Assembly: GCA_018971685.1 (NCBI GenBank) | Contig: JAGXAG010000006.1 | Span: 62-64,061, forward strand | Length of the DNA stretch: 64,000 nucleotides | Source: Patescibacteria group bacterium | GTDB taxonomy: Bacteria; Patescibacteriota; Minisyncoccia; Phycocordibacterales; PALSA-1337 | Direction: 5' to 3' | Part shown: positions 26,701-35,829 of the stretch, in pieces | Layout: each line of letters opens with the position of its first letter | Numbering within the stretch: position 1 is the stretch's first letter | Program-made: the position numbers and the translations under genes | The notes under the pieces: generated by a model | Told to the model about the DNA's origin: nothing | Database searches by the model: none | Seen by the model: the letters and a program-made list of their open reading frames with translations, nothing else

Positions 26701-27666
26701 ATGGACAAAGAAAAAACACAACAGAAGATCGCCGAACTCGAGAACGCCATGAATGCGCCGGATTTTTGGGCGGACAAGGCGAAGGCGCAGGAGGCCATAC
26801 GGGAGTTGAAGAAATTGAAAGAGGAACTCGAAGGCGCGGGGAAATATGACAGGGGGGACGCCATATTGTCGATCCTTTCCGGCGCCGGCGGCGACGATGC
26901 CGAAGATTTCTCCGCCATGCTCGCACGCATGTACCGCAAGTATTGCGAGTCAAACGGTTGGAGTTGGAATATTGTTCACACCAATGAAAATGACCATGGC
27001 GGTTACAGGAACATCACTGTTGAAATAAGCGGTGGTCCGATCGTGGTCAGACCGGCCCAAGGCTCGGTCGGTAAGGATTCAAATCACGAAAATTTGAATG
27101 ACAATACAGCCGTGAAAACCGGCCCATACGGAGTTTTGAAGAACGAATCCGGAGTACATCGGCTGGTTCGGATTTCGCCGTTTAACGCCAATGAAAAAAG
27201 GCACACTTCATTCTCGCTGGTGGAAATATTGCCGAAATTCGAGAAAACTTCCGAGGGCGACATCGTGATACCGGAAAGCGATATCGAAGTGTCGATCGCC
27301 AAGTCCGGCGGTCCCGGCGGACAGAATGTCAACAAGCGCGAAACCGCCGTGCGCCTTTTGCACAAGCCGACCGGCATTTCCATACATGTTACTTCCGAAC
27401 GGTCGCAGGCCCAGAATAAAGAAAAGGCAATGGCGATCTTGCGCGCCAAGCTGTGGAAAAAGGCAGAAGATGACAGAGTTGCCAAGGAGCGCGGCATGCA
27501 GATCTCCTCGACCACTTTGATCGAATGGGGCAATCAGATACGGTCGTATGTTTTACATCCTTATAAGATGGTGAAAGACCACAGAACCGATCATGAGACT
27601 TCGCAGGTGGATAAAGTCTTGGATGGGGATATTCAAGGATTTATTGAGGCTGAATCACAGTTGTAA
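26701..27666 (+). CDS. prfB: Peptide chain release factor 2 with no programmed +1 frameshift site
   Basis: SPF tripeptide (RISPFNAN), GGQ motif ([10 protein letters not shown]). Begins 14 nt after a tRNA with no room for the CTT TGA frameshift cassette. Confidence 0.85.
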   Translation: MDKEKTQQKIAELENAMNAPDFWADKAKAQEAIRELKKLKEELEGAGKYDRGDAILSILSGAGGDDAEDFSAMLARMYRKYCESNGWSWNIVHTNENDHGGYRNITVEISGGPIVVRPAQGSVGKDSNHENLNDNTAVKTGPYGVLKNESGVHRLVRISPFNANEKRHTSFSLVEILPKFEKTSEGDIVIPESDIEVSIAKSGGPGGQNVNKRETAVRLLHKPTGISIHVTSERSQAQNKEKAMAILRAKLWKKAEDDRVAKERGMQISSTTLIEWGNQIRSYVLHPYKMVKDHRTDHETSQVDKVLDGDIQGFIEAESQL

Positions 27667-27667
27667 A

Positions 27668-27769
27668 ATCCCTTGCTCTTTTGCTTCGAATACTCTCGTT
27701 TCGTAAACCCATCATCCTGCTCCGCTAAGGCTTGCTCCGCGAGGTATTCTCAGCAACGAGCAAGGGATT
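27668..27769 (+). promoter_or_regulatory. Structured intergenic RNA element between prfB and ftsE
   Basis: 12-bp terminal inverted repeat AATCCCTTGCTC ... GAGCAAGGGATT enclosing about 78 nt with nested stems. Followed by TTCAATTG as in the island leaders. Confidence 0.4.
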
Positions 27770-27781
27770 TTCAATTGTGCT

Positions 27782-28474
27782 ATGATTAAACCGATGATTT
27801 ATTACGACAAAGTCACCAAAGTTTATCCGGACAAATCAATTGCACTAGAGGAAGTCACTTTTGGGGTCGAGCCCAAGGAATTTGTGACGATAGTCGGACA
27901 TTCGGGCGCGGGCAAAACTACTCTGATGAAACTTTTGATCGCCGAAGAGAGGCCGAGCGGCGGCGCCGTCTTCTTCGAATCGAGCAATATACACCGTTTG
28001 GGCAAGCGCGACATGAGCAAGATACGCCGCCGGATAGGCACCATATTCCAGGATTACCGGCTGATACCGACTAGGACCGTCTATGAGAATATCTCTTTTG
28101 CCATGGAAGCGGCCGGGCGGGGAGACGGTGAAATCGCCGCCGATGTGCCGCATGTGCTCGAACTGGTCAATCTCGGGCACAAGATATGGAATTTTCCACG
28201 CGAATTGTCGGGCGGCGAACGGCAGAGGGTCGCTATCGCGCGCGCCATTGTCAATCAGCCGGATATCGTGATCGCCGATGAGCCGACCGGCAACCTCGAT
28301 CCCGAAAACACCTTTGAAATAGTCAGGATTTTGCGTAAAATTAACGAATTGGGCACGACCGTATTGCTGACGACGCACAATAAAGGAGTGGTGGATACGG
28401 TCGGCGGCAGGATTATTACGATGGAGAGAGGAAGGGTTGTGAAAGACGATAAAAATGGGAGATATGTTTTGTAG
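27782..28474 (+). CDS. ftsE: Cell division ABC transporter ATP-binding protein FtsE
   Basis: Walker A GHSGAGKTT, signature LSGGERQRVAIARA, Walker B IVIADEPTGNLD. Confidence 0.9.
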   Translation: MIKPMIYYDKVTKVYPDKSIALEEVTFGVEPKEFVTIVGHSGAGKTTLMKLLIAEERPSGGAVFFESSNIHRLGKRDMSKIRRRIGTIFQDYRLIPTRTVYENISFAMEAAGRGDGEIAADVPHVLELVNLGHKIWNFPRELSGGERQRVAIARAIVNQPDIVIADEPTGNLDPENTFEIVRILRKINELGTTVLLTTHNKGVVDTVGGRIITMERGRVVKDDKNGRYVL

Positions 28475-28479
28475 TTTGT

Positions 28480-28499
28480 CATTCCCGCGAAAGCGGGAA
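28480..28499 (+). promoter_or_regulatory. Perfect 8-bp hairpin in the ftsE-ftsX spacer
   Basis: ATTCCCGC-gaaa-GCGGGAAT. Confidence 0.35.
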
Positions 28500-28525
28500 T
28501 CCAGAATAAAAAACATTGCGATGTT

Positions 28526-29494
28526 ATGATCAAACCTATGATTTTCACCACATTCAAAAGAATAACCAAGACGGGCTTCGTCAACTTCTGGCGCAACGGA
28601 TTCCTGTCATTCGCGGCGATCGTGGTCATCACGCTGTCGCTGTGCGCCTTCGGCGGACTTTTGTTCGCCAGCGCGTTCGGACGATCGCTCATCGCCGATG
28701 TCAAAGACAAAGTGGATATCAATGTGTATTTTACGCTTTCGACGCCGGAGTCGAACATTCTGGCTTTGCAAAGCGATTTGAACGGCTTGCCGGAAGTCGC
28801 CAGCACCACCTATATATCGAGCGATCAGGCGCTTGCGTCATTCAAGGACAAGTGGCAGGACAACGCGCTCATCATGCAAGGGCTGGATGAAATCGGCAGC
28901 AATCCATTCCCGGCGTCGATCAATATCAAAGCCAAAGATCCGGGGCAGTACGGCGCGATCGCGGATTATCTGACGAGCAAAAATCCGACCGATTCTTCGG
29001 GCACGCCGATCATCGAAAAAGTCAATTACGCGCAAAACAAGCTTATCATTGATCGTTTGAGCAAAATAATTCCGGCGGTAGAGCAAGCGGGGGCGGTTTT
29101 GGCGATCATTCTGGTTCTGGTGGCGATGATCGTGGTCTTCAACACGATCCGGCTGATCGTCTATACCAGCAAAGACGAGATTGCAGTCATGAAGCTGGTC
29201 GGCGCGAGCAATGTGTTCGTGCGCGGGCCGCTGGTTGTCTCGGGCATCATGTATGGCGTCATTTCCGGGATTATCACGCTCGTCCTCATGGCGGCTTTCG
29301 CCTATTGGAGCGACGCCCTCATCTTGCGTTTGGCGGGCGTCGACGTGGCTTCCAATTTCGAGCTGGTCGTGAACCTTCTATCCAACTATTTTGTGCGCAA
29401 TTTCACGCAGATATTCCTGATCGTCATGGGCGCCGGAATTATTCTCGGCGGAGTGTCGAGTTATATTGCGGCCAGGAGGTATTTGAGAGTATAA
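28526..29494 (+). CDS. ftsX: Cell division permease FtsX
   Basis: Four TM segments, a large extracytoplasmic loop, C-terminal FtsX motif. Downstream of ftsE. Confidence 0.85.
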   Translation: MIKPMIFTTFKRITKTGFVNFWRNGFLSFAAIVVITLSLCAFGGLLFASAFGRSLIADVKDKVDINVYFTLSTPESNILALQSDLNGLPEVASTTYISSDQALASFKDKWQDNALIMQGLDEIGSNPFPASINIKAKDPGQYGAIADYLTSKNPTDSSGTPIIEKVNYAQNKLIIDRLSKIIPAVEQAGAVLAIILVLVAMIVVFNTIRLIVYTSKDEIAVMKLVGASNVFVRGPLVVSGIMYGVISGIITLVLMAAFAYWSDALILRLAGVDVASNFELVVNLLSNYFVRNFTQIFLIVMGAGIILGGVSSYIAARRYLRV

Positions 29495-29546
29495 AAACCG
29501 CCGGACGATCGGTCGTCCGGCGCGACAGGTGACGCTTGTCATCAGA

Positions 29547-30164
29547 TCATCGCGGCAATTTCATGCCGCCCATTACCGCGTACATGAACGGTTGGGCGTC
29601 GTATCTGTGTATGGGCACCCAATCGAAGTAGATTGTTTTGACGCCGGCTTGCACTTCTTTGTATCCTTCATGTCGATAAAGAAATTTCGGCACCACACAG
29701 ACAAAGAAGTATCTTTGGCGGAAAGTCCTTAGGTGCGGATATGACCGGGTACCTCCGGTGATCACCGGATCACAGCCGATCGCGGCCATCGAGTAACCAC
29801 CTTTCCTGAAGTCGTCATTGAGTTCTTCGGCCAGTGCCCGGTGCGCGGCTTCTTCCGGTTTTTCTCCCGGCATTAATTTTTCGCTGACACTGGTGTCACG
29901 GCGTATTTTTCTTACCCGGCCGTCATTAAAGACTTGCCGGGTTTCGCGGAGGAAGTGCAAAGTCTGATCAGACAACGGATAGTAAACATAAATCGCGGCC
30001 ACCTTGATGCATCTGACCAAAAAGCCGTTTACGAACCGGAATACGGCTTCACCGGCGTTCACTTCCTTGAGCAGGTGCTCGACCTTTTTGGCTTCGCCGC
30101 GTCCCCAAGAATCGATAGGGATGCGGTGTTCCACTAGCAGTTTTTCCAATTGTTCAATGTTCAT
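29547..30164 (-). CDS. Hypothetical protein with a NUDIX-box-like motif
   Basis: GEKPEEAAHRALAEELN approximates GX5EX7REUXEEXGU. Divergent from pyrG. Confidence 0.45.
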   Translation of the reverse strand: MNIEQLEKLLVEHRIPIDSWGRGEAKKVEHLLKEVNAGEAVFRFVNGFLVRCIKVAAIYVYYPLSDQTLHFLRETRQVFNDGRVRKIRRDTSVSEKLMPGEKPEEAAHRALAEELNDDFRKGGYSMAAIGCDPVITGGTRSYPHLRTFRQRYFFVCVVPKFLYRHEGYKEVQAGVKTIYFDWVPIHRYDAQPFMYAVMGGMKLPR

Positions 30165-30240
30165 AATTTATCTTACCCTGACACAATTCACGGAAAATAG
30201 CAATATTGGAATTTTCCTCGGGGTTTACTACAATGCAGGC

Positions 30241-32037
30241 ATGGCAATACGCGCCCTAAAGAATCACCACAAGTATATCTTCGTGATCGGCGGAGTGATG
30301 TCGGGCGTGGGCAAAGGCATAGCGACATCATCGATCGGCACGCTGCTTACCGCGAAAGGGTATCGCGTCAATCTGGTCAAAGTCGATCCATACTTGAATG
30401 TTGACGCCGGTACCATGAATCCCACCGAGCACGGCGAGGTTTTCGTATTGAATTCCGGATTGGAGACCGACCAGGATATGGGCAATTACGAAAGATTCCT
30501 CGGCAGGGATTTGACGGCGGACGATTATATTACGAGCGGCATGGTCTATAAGCATGTCATAGAGAAAGAGCGCGCTTTGGAGTTCGGCGGCAAATGCGTG
30601 GAGGCGATCCCGCATATCCGCGATGAAATAGTGCACCGGTTCGAACATTCCGCCAAAGTCAATAAGTCTGACATTTCGATCATCGAGATCGGCGGCACGA
30701 TCGGCGATTACCAGAATGTCATGTTTATCGAAGCCGCGAGGGTGCTTAAGATGCGCCATCCGAACGATGTTTTGTTCATTATGGTTTCGTATCTGCCGAC
30801 GCCGGGCAAACTGGGTGAAATGAAATCGCGGCCGACCCAGAACGCCGCGCGCCAGCTGGCGGGTTACGGCATCAATACCGATTTTATCATCGCGCGCGCG
30901 GAAAGCCCACTCGACCATAAGAGGAAGGAGAAAATCGCGGTCTCTTGCAATATTCCGTGCGAGCGGGTGATATCGGCGCCGGACATAGAGAGCATTTACG
31001 ATGTGCCGGCGAATTTCGAGAAAGATAAGCTCGGCATCTTGCTTCTGGACGCGCTCGGCCTGAAATCAAAAAAGCCGGACAAATCATTCGAGGCTTGGAA
31101 AAGAATGGCGCGGGGGATCAAGAACCATTCGAACCGTGAGGTGAATATTGCGATCGTGGGAAAATATTTCAATACCGGAGATTTTATTTTGTCGGATGCA
31201 TACCTGTCTGTGCTGGAGGCGATCAAATTCTCGGCCTATGAGGCCGGAGTGAAAGCGGTTATCCATACGGTGAATTCGAGGGACTTCGAGGGAAATGATG
31301 TCGGGAGGCCTCTCCCTCCTCGGCGCGACGAAGTGTCTCACATTCGATCCGCCCATCCGACACCCGTTGCCGCCTCGACGGGAGAGGCGCAGGCAGCCGG
31401 TTTCGAGGTACTCGATAAGTATGACGGCATTATAGTGCCGGGCGGATTCGGCGAGTCGGGAATTGAAGGCAAATTGAATGTGATCAAGTACGCACGCGAG
31501 AACAAAATACCGTATTTTGGACTGTGTTACGGCATGCAGCTCATGACTATAGAATATGCCAGGAATGTTTTGGGCCTGAATGAGGCGCATACGGCGGAAA
31601 TAAACCCACGAAGCCCCCATCTTATCATAGATATCATGCCGGACCAGAAGAAAAAACTGGCGGAAGGCAATTACGGCGGATCGATGCGTCTGGGATTGTA
31701 TCCGGCAAAATTGGCGAAAGATACGATCGCGCAAGAAGCGTATTCATATTTCCAAGGCAAGCGGTTGCCGAAGCCGACGGCAATGATCAAAGAGCGGCAC
31801 AGGCATCGTTATGAAGTCAATCCCAAGTACATCGAAAGGCTGGAGAAAGGCGGCTTAGTATTCTCGGGCTGTTCACCTGACGGCCGTTTGATGGAGATCG
31901 CTGAATTACCGCGCGAAGTCCACCCGTTTTTCCTGGGCACGCAATTTCATCCCGAATTTTTGGCGCGGCCTTTGCAACCGCATCCGCTATTCACCGCGTT
32001 TGTAAAAGCGGCAAAGGTCAGGCTCGGCGGCCGATGA
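30241..32037 (+). CDS. pyrG: CTP synthase PyrG, carrying an in-frame repeat-element insertion
   Basis: N-terminal synthase domain YIFVIGGVMSGVGKGI, C-terminal glutamine amidotransferase (GLCYGMQ). The track ORF from 30004 is an upstream extension. Confidence 0.9.
   Translation: MAIRALKNHHKYIFVIGGVMSGVGKGIATSSIGTLLTAKGYRVNLVKVDPYLNVDAGTMNPTEHGEVFVLNSGLETDQDMGNYERFLGRDLTADDYITSGMVYKHVIEKERALEFGGKCVEAIPHIRDEIVHRFEHSAKVNKSDISIIEIGGTIGDYQNVMFIEAARVLKMRHPNDVLFIMVSYLPTPGKLGEMKSRPTQNAARQLAGYGINTDFIIARAESPLDHKRKEKIAVSCNIPCERVISAPDIESIYDVPANFEKDKLGILLLDALGLKSKKPDKSFEAWKRMARGIKNHSNREVNIAIVGKYFNTGDFILSDAYLSVLEAIKFSAYEAGVKAVIHTVNSRDFEGNDVGRPLPPRRDEVSHIRSAHPTPVAASTGEAQAAGFEVLDKYDGIIVPGGFGESGIEGKLNVIKYARENKIPYFGLCYGMQLMTIEYARNVLGLNEAHTAEINPRSPHLIIDIMPDQKKKLAEGNYGGSMRLGLYPAKLAKDTIAQEAYSYFQGKRLPKPTAMIKERHRHRYEVNPKYIERLEKGGLVFSGCSPDGRLMEIAELPREVHPFFLGTQFHPEFLARPLQPHPLFTAFVKAAKVRLGGR
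31308..31392 (+). repeat. Palindromic repeat element family 1, copy C, inserted in frame in pyrG
   Basis: GCCTCTCCCTCCTCGGCGCGACGAAGTGTCTCACATTCGA...CGCCTCGACGGGAGAGGC. The 5' half is about 95% identical to the ligA copy, with terminal inverted repeats GCCTCTCCC/GGGAGAGGC. Encodes RPLPPRRDEVSHIRSAHPTPVAASTGEAQAAG. Confidence 0.65.
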
Positions 32038-32067
32038 CCGCGCGCAACGAAAAAACCGCCTAATTTT

Positions 32068-32613
32068 TCACTTTTTTCCAGTCAACGGAAAGGTCTTCAA
32101 TACTTTCCACGCGCGGTCTTCGCGGTTTTCTTTTACGAATACGGTAAGATTGTCGAATGAAATTTCAAATTTTGGCGCGGGCGCGGATTGCAGGTGTTTC
32201 CATACAGCTTCGAATTGCTGCGGTTTCAAAAATCGCGCGACGGACATATGGATATGCGGATCAATCTCTTGCGGTGTCAAATTCAGGCCGATATTGCGCA
32301 ATTTGGACTGAGCCTTCTTTATAAAGGATTTGAGTTCGGCCGGCGGCTCTGGCGCGTCGACGAATATTGTGCGCGAATGGAAGCTGTTCCAACCGGAGAG
32401 AGCGAGCGGTATCGCCGGCGCCTCGGCGGCCGATGAAAGAATCTCATCAATGGCGTCGGCGTTCGGCTGGTCAAAAGGAGATTTTACGGTTATGTGCGGC
32501 GGCACGATGGCCGACACATCTTCCACGCCAAATCTGGCCGAAAGATCGGCACAAGTGGCCTTATAATATTCCGCCGCTTCGCCCCTGATGATGTTTCCGA
32601 CGAAAAAACGCAT
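32068..32613 (-). CDS. 2H phosphoesterase superfamily protein (LigT/ThpR-like)
   Basis: Two H-x-T/S-x motifs (PHITVK and PHIHMSVA). Confidence 0.55.
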   Translation of the reverse strand: MRFFVGNIIRGEAAEYYKATCADLSARFGVEDVSAIVPPHITVKSPFDQPNADAIDEILSSAAEAPAIPLALSGWNSFHSRTIFVDAPEPPAELKSFIKKAQSKLRNIGLNLTPQEIDPHIHMSVARFLKPQQFEAVWKHLQSAPAPKFEISFDNLTVFVKENREDRAWKVLKTFPLTGKK

Positions 32614-32730
32614 ATGAAAGCATCCTAGCATATAGGCTGCGCGGTTGCCAAGAAGCCGGAAAATTGGTAGTTTTATAGGCGGACTTCACAGGAAAAATCA
32701 ACAGGCTGTCTGGCCTAGAAAGGAGATGAC

Positions 32731-33228
32731 TTGAAAAAGCTGCTTCTGTTTTCTTGGCCGATTGTGGCCGAGAAATTGTTCGCTGGCCCGATGTATTACC
32801 TCGGGTTCCCGCTCACATTCCATGAATTGGGACCATGGTACGGCTACGCGGCGATCACTGTAGTTGTGTGGTTGCTGTCGGTGACATTCATGATCGCTTA
32901 CGATCGGAAAAGCATCGATTTTCTCAAGGTGCGTGATGCGAGAGAAGCTGCCGCGAATTTTGCCTGCCGTTTCACCAAAAGATTTTTCGGTCGCGATTAC
33001 TTGAAGCATGCCGATTTTATCGTCACGCTGATCGTAATGTGGCAGTTTTTCCCGCCATACTCGATCCTGGCACGCAGGGAAAAAGGGAGATGGGGGATCA
33101 CATACAGGGAACTTTTACTATTGACGGCCGTCACCCTGATCTCGAACGCGTATTGGACATTGGTGGCCTATTCCGAGATGTTCTCGGTCTCGGGCCTGTG
33201 GCACCTTGTAAAGAGGTTAGTTTCGTAG
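32731..33228 (+). CDS. Hypothetical membrane protein
   Basis: Four predicted TM helices, no motifs. Confidence 0.45.
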   Translation: MKKLLLFSWPIVAEKLFAGPMYYLGFPLTFHELGPWYGYAAITVVVWLLSVTFMIAYDRKSIDFLKVRDAREAAANFACRFTKRFFGRDYLKHADFIVTLIVMWQFFPPYSILARREKGRWGITYRELLLLTAVTLISNAYWTLVAYSEMFSVSGLWHLVKRLVS

Positions 33229-33273
33229 CATCGCTTCTCTATATGATAACAAGTGGAAAAGAAGCGATTTTAT

Positions 33274-33344
33274 TGCGGGATCATCTAGTGGTAGGATGCG
33301 ACTCTCTGAAAGTCGTCACCTTGGTTCGAATCCAAGTCCCGCAG
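33274..33344 (+). tRNA. tRNA-Gln (CTG)
   Basis: U1:A72 with G73 discriminator (the Gln identity set), anticodon loop CTCTGAA, T-arm CTTGG-TTCGAAT-CCAAG. Confidence 0.75.
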
Positions 33345-33863
33345 CATTCTAGGATTTTTGGAATAAATTTCTCCAGAATCCTTTATGGTTCCTTGCTTTT
33401 TGCTCAGTTCTAACATTTCAGAAATGAGCCAAAGCTCGTCATGGATGTTTTCGAGCGGTAGAAGCAAATCGTCCAATGAAATTCTAAGTTTTCCGCGATC
33501 GAGCAAGTAGTTCGAACCTATTCCGGTGAAGACCTCTTTCTTCATGTCTGCATTATTAGAAGACACAGCCTTCTTCATGACCCGGACGGCCTTCTCAGCA
33601 AAGTTGAACCCACGCTCGGCAATATCAAGCCAATTCTCGACTCTTTTATCGACATCTTTGAGTAAGGTAAACAGCCTTTCTTTCTCCTGGGTAAGCTCAA
33701 TTTTCTTCCTCTTGAATTCTTCCTCACTAATCTCGCTGTCAGCACGCATATCAATGAGCTTGTCGATCTTGCGCAGGCAGGCGTCATAATCTTTCTGCTG
33801 TTTGCCGAATATGCGGTCACGGTCCTCAATTTCTCTGTGATTAAGCTCCTTGAGAGTAGTCAT
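33285..33863 (-). pseudogene. C-terminal coiled-coil fragment of a large serine recombinase/integrase, abutting tRNA-Gln
   Basis: RADSEISEEEFKRKKIELTQEKERL matches the YxDGxISxEEFxxRKxELxxE coiled-coil signature of large serine recombinases. No catalytic domain is present, and the 3' end overlaps the tRNA. Confidence 0.4.
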
Positions 33864-34207
33864 GGCCCATTTCTTGAAATCTTCAGGGATCTCAAATTTG
33901 GCTACGATTTTATTGATCTATCCATGGTAATAGTAATTTCTTCCAATCTACACTTTTTCAGAAAAAAAGAAATAGTGATGCGGACCGTGGGGTAGAGGTT
34001 AAGCTTGGAAATATGGCTTAGAATCGAACATGCGTGAATTTGCCGAATTTTGCCTCACACGGCCGAGAAGAAATCCGTAGCCGTAACGTTGGGCCATTCG
34101 GTTTGGAAAATGGCACACCGGGGCGAACAGGTGGCAAGAATGGTGTGAAGAATCCGAGGAGAGACCTGGGACCGAGCAATAGAGCCGTATAATGGTCTGG
34201 ACAGCGC

Positions 34208-34237
34208 TTGACTTTTGTTATGTAATTATGCTATAAT
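34208..34237 (+). promoter_or_regulatory. Sigma70-type promoter TTGACT-18-TGCTATAAT at the island's cargo operon
   Basis: The best consensus promoter in the window. It lies 138 nt upstream of ATG 34375 with a GGATTCC-type hairpin in the leader. Confidence 0.55.
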
Positions 34238-34374
34238 ATACAACGTAAGCACTACGAAAAACCGTGCTGAACCGCACAGGAATCTTTCTCGGATTCCTAT
34301 CATATGCCTCTAGAGTGTTTCTGGAGAAATGATTCCAATTATGGAGCGTGGTAAATCTCTGAAAGGAGATAAAA

Positions 34375-34986
34375 ATGAGAGAGTACATTGTTAACCTTAC
34401 GAATAACCTCATTGGCGAACACCAGTTCGACTCGATGATGGCCAACCTGACTAACGAGGGCGAGTTTATATTGCAAGCTTCTCGTGAGTTGTTGGTTCAG
34501 AATGTTTCGCGCATGTCCCCCGAAACTCTCGGTAGGATTCTGTGCGAACTGGATGGCGATGATATCAAGCCCGGGGTGCATTTCGAGCTTTCGGTTAACG
34601 AGAAGTGCGAGCGTTCGATACGCATTCTCGTTTCCGGATTGCTCGCACAGAGCATCTACAACCGTCTTTCGGGCAGAATCCCTTGCGGATACACCCGTCG
34701 CGGCACTGTCAGCCCGGAATTCAAGGCACTCATCGGCCAATTCGTTCAGCGCCGTCAGGATTATCTGGCCGGACTCAAATCCGGATCGTCCATGCTTAAG
34801 ATCACTTACCAGGGCAAGCAATTGACCTGCGTATATCTGAGGCATACCCAGGACACAGTTACGGTCCAGACGACGAAAGAGATCGTAGATCACCTGTTCA
34901 ACAATGGCACGCTGTGCCTCTCTGGTCCCTTCACTGACATGGCAGTTAAGTTCAAGTTGAACGAGGTCCAGATCGCCAATGGTTAG
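34375..34986 (+). CDS. Hypothetical protein (island cargo 1)
   Basis: 203 aa. RBS AAAGGAGAtaaaaATG. No known motifs. Confidence 0.5.
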   Translation: MREYIVNLTNNLIGEHQFDSMMANLTNEGEFILQASRELLVQNVSRMSPETLGRILCELDGDDIKPGVHFELSVNEKCERSIRILVSGLLAQSIYNRLSGRIPCGYTRRGTVSPEFKALIGQFVQRRQDYLAGLKSGSSMLKITYQGKQLTCVYLRHTQDTVTVQTTKEIVDHLFNNGTLCLSGPFTDMAVKFKLNEVQIANG

Positions 34987-35041
34987 TCACTTTCGAGATT
35001 GAATGCAATCTCGGCCTCACAGAAATGTGGGGCACTCTAAT

Positions 35042-35089
35042 GGATTCACGACACGGCGTCGCGGATCCTGAAAGTTTCAGTTCTTTAAA
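35042..35089 (+). promoter_or_regulatory. Conserved leader module copy 1 (GGATTCA-hairpin-GCGGATCC-TGAAAGTTTCAGTTCTTTAAA)
   Basis: Shares its 3' block and architecture with copies at 35747-35809, 36206-36254 and 36613-36669. The RBS AGGAGTAGTGAATG follows. Confidence 0.5.
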
Positions 35090-35112
35090 CCAAAATACGG
35101 AAGGAGTAGTGA

Positions 35113-35706
35113 ATGAATTCGAATCAAGTTCTGATCTGGCTGAGCAGCCTCATTGCGCTGCTCCTGTACTATCCACTGATCTCCGGAATCCTCAAGGGCG
35201 AAATTAAGCAAAGTGTCGCCACATGGATCCTCTGGGTTTCTCTGGATACGATTGCCCTCGTCAGCATCATCATGCAAAAAGGCAACTATCTGCTTCTGGT
35301 GTTCTACTGCACCTGCGGCACTATAGTCACCTTATCCCTCGTTTACAAGCGACTGTTCAGTTGGACAAGATTCGAGAGCTTTGTTCTCGGACTTGTTGTC
35401 ATCTGTCTTGTTGTTTGGGGCTTGAGTGGATCGAGGTGGGCTACAATCGCAAGCACTATCGCCGTGTGCATTTCCGGTGCTCCGCAGATCCGTGATTCAT
35501 GGCGGACACCTGATCGGACTACCGGATTGATCTACATGGGATACGTTCTCGCGAATAGCCTCTCCTTTTTCGGAGGCAAGACGTGGACGATCGAAGAGAG
35601 ATTCTATCCGGGAATGATGGCGCTTCTTTGTCTGACGATTGCTACGGCGTCGTTCAGGAAGAAAGACCAGAAGTCTCCGGTGATCTCCGTAACCGCGCCG
35701 CTTTGA
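35113..35706 (+). CDS. Hypothetical polytopic membrane protein (island cargo 2)
   Basis: Five or six TM helices, no motifs. Confidence 0.5.
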   Translation: MNSNQVLIWLSSLIALLLYYPLISGILKGEIKQSVATWILWVSLDTIALVSIIMQKGNYLLLVFYCTCGTIVTLSLVYKRLFSWTRFESFVLGLVVICLVVWGLSGSRWATIASTIAVCISGAPQIRDSWRTPDRTTGLIYMGYVLANSLSFFGGKTWTIEERFYPGMMALLCLTIATASFRKKDQKSPVISVTAPL

Positions 35707-35746
35707 AAAACGCGCAACCCGGGTAATATGTTAGCGGCATATTACC

Positions 35747-35809
35747 CATTCAACTGGATTCATGATGGTTAGTCATGATCGTGGATCCTGAGAGTTATAG
35801 TTCCTTCAA
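35747..35809 (+). promoter_or_regulatory. Conserved leader module copy 2
   Basis: Hairpin GGGTAATATG/CATATTACCC at 35720-35746, then CATTCAACTGGATTCATGA...GTGGATCCTGAGAGTTATAGTTCCTTCAAA. Confidence 0.5.
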
Positions 35810-35829
35810 ACATCGAACCCCTTAATCGT

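Noticed and set aside
26309-26939. Minus-strand ORFs containing MLYQLSY / LPTELLW motifs
   Set aside because: Classic antisense translations of tRNA genes. The same applies to 52598-52798 over tRNA-Phe and 39868-40271 over tRNA-Ser.
30004-30240. Upstream extension of the pyrG ORF (MMHLTKKPF...)
   Set aside because: It overlaps the divergent gene 29547-30164 and has no similarity to CTP synthase. The conserved N-terminus starts at ATG 30241.
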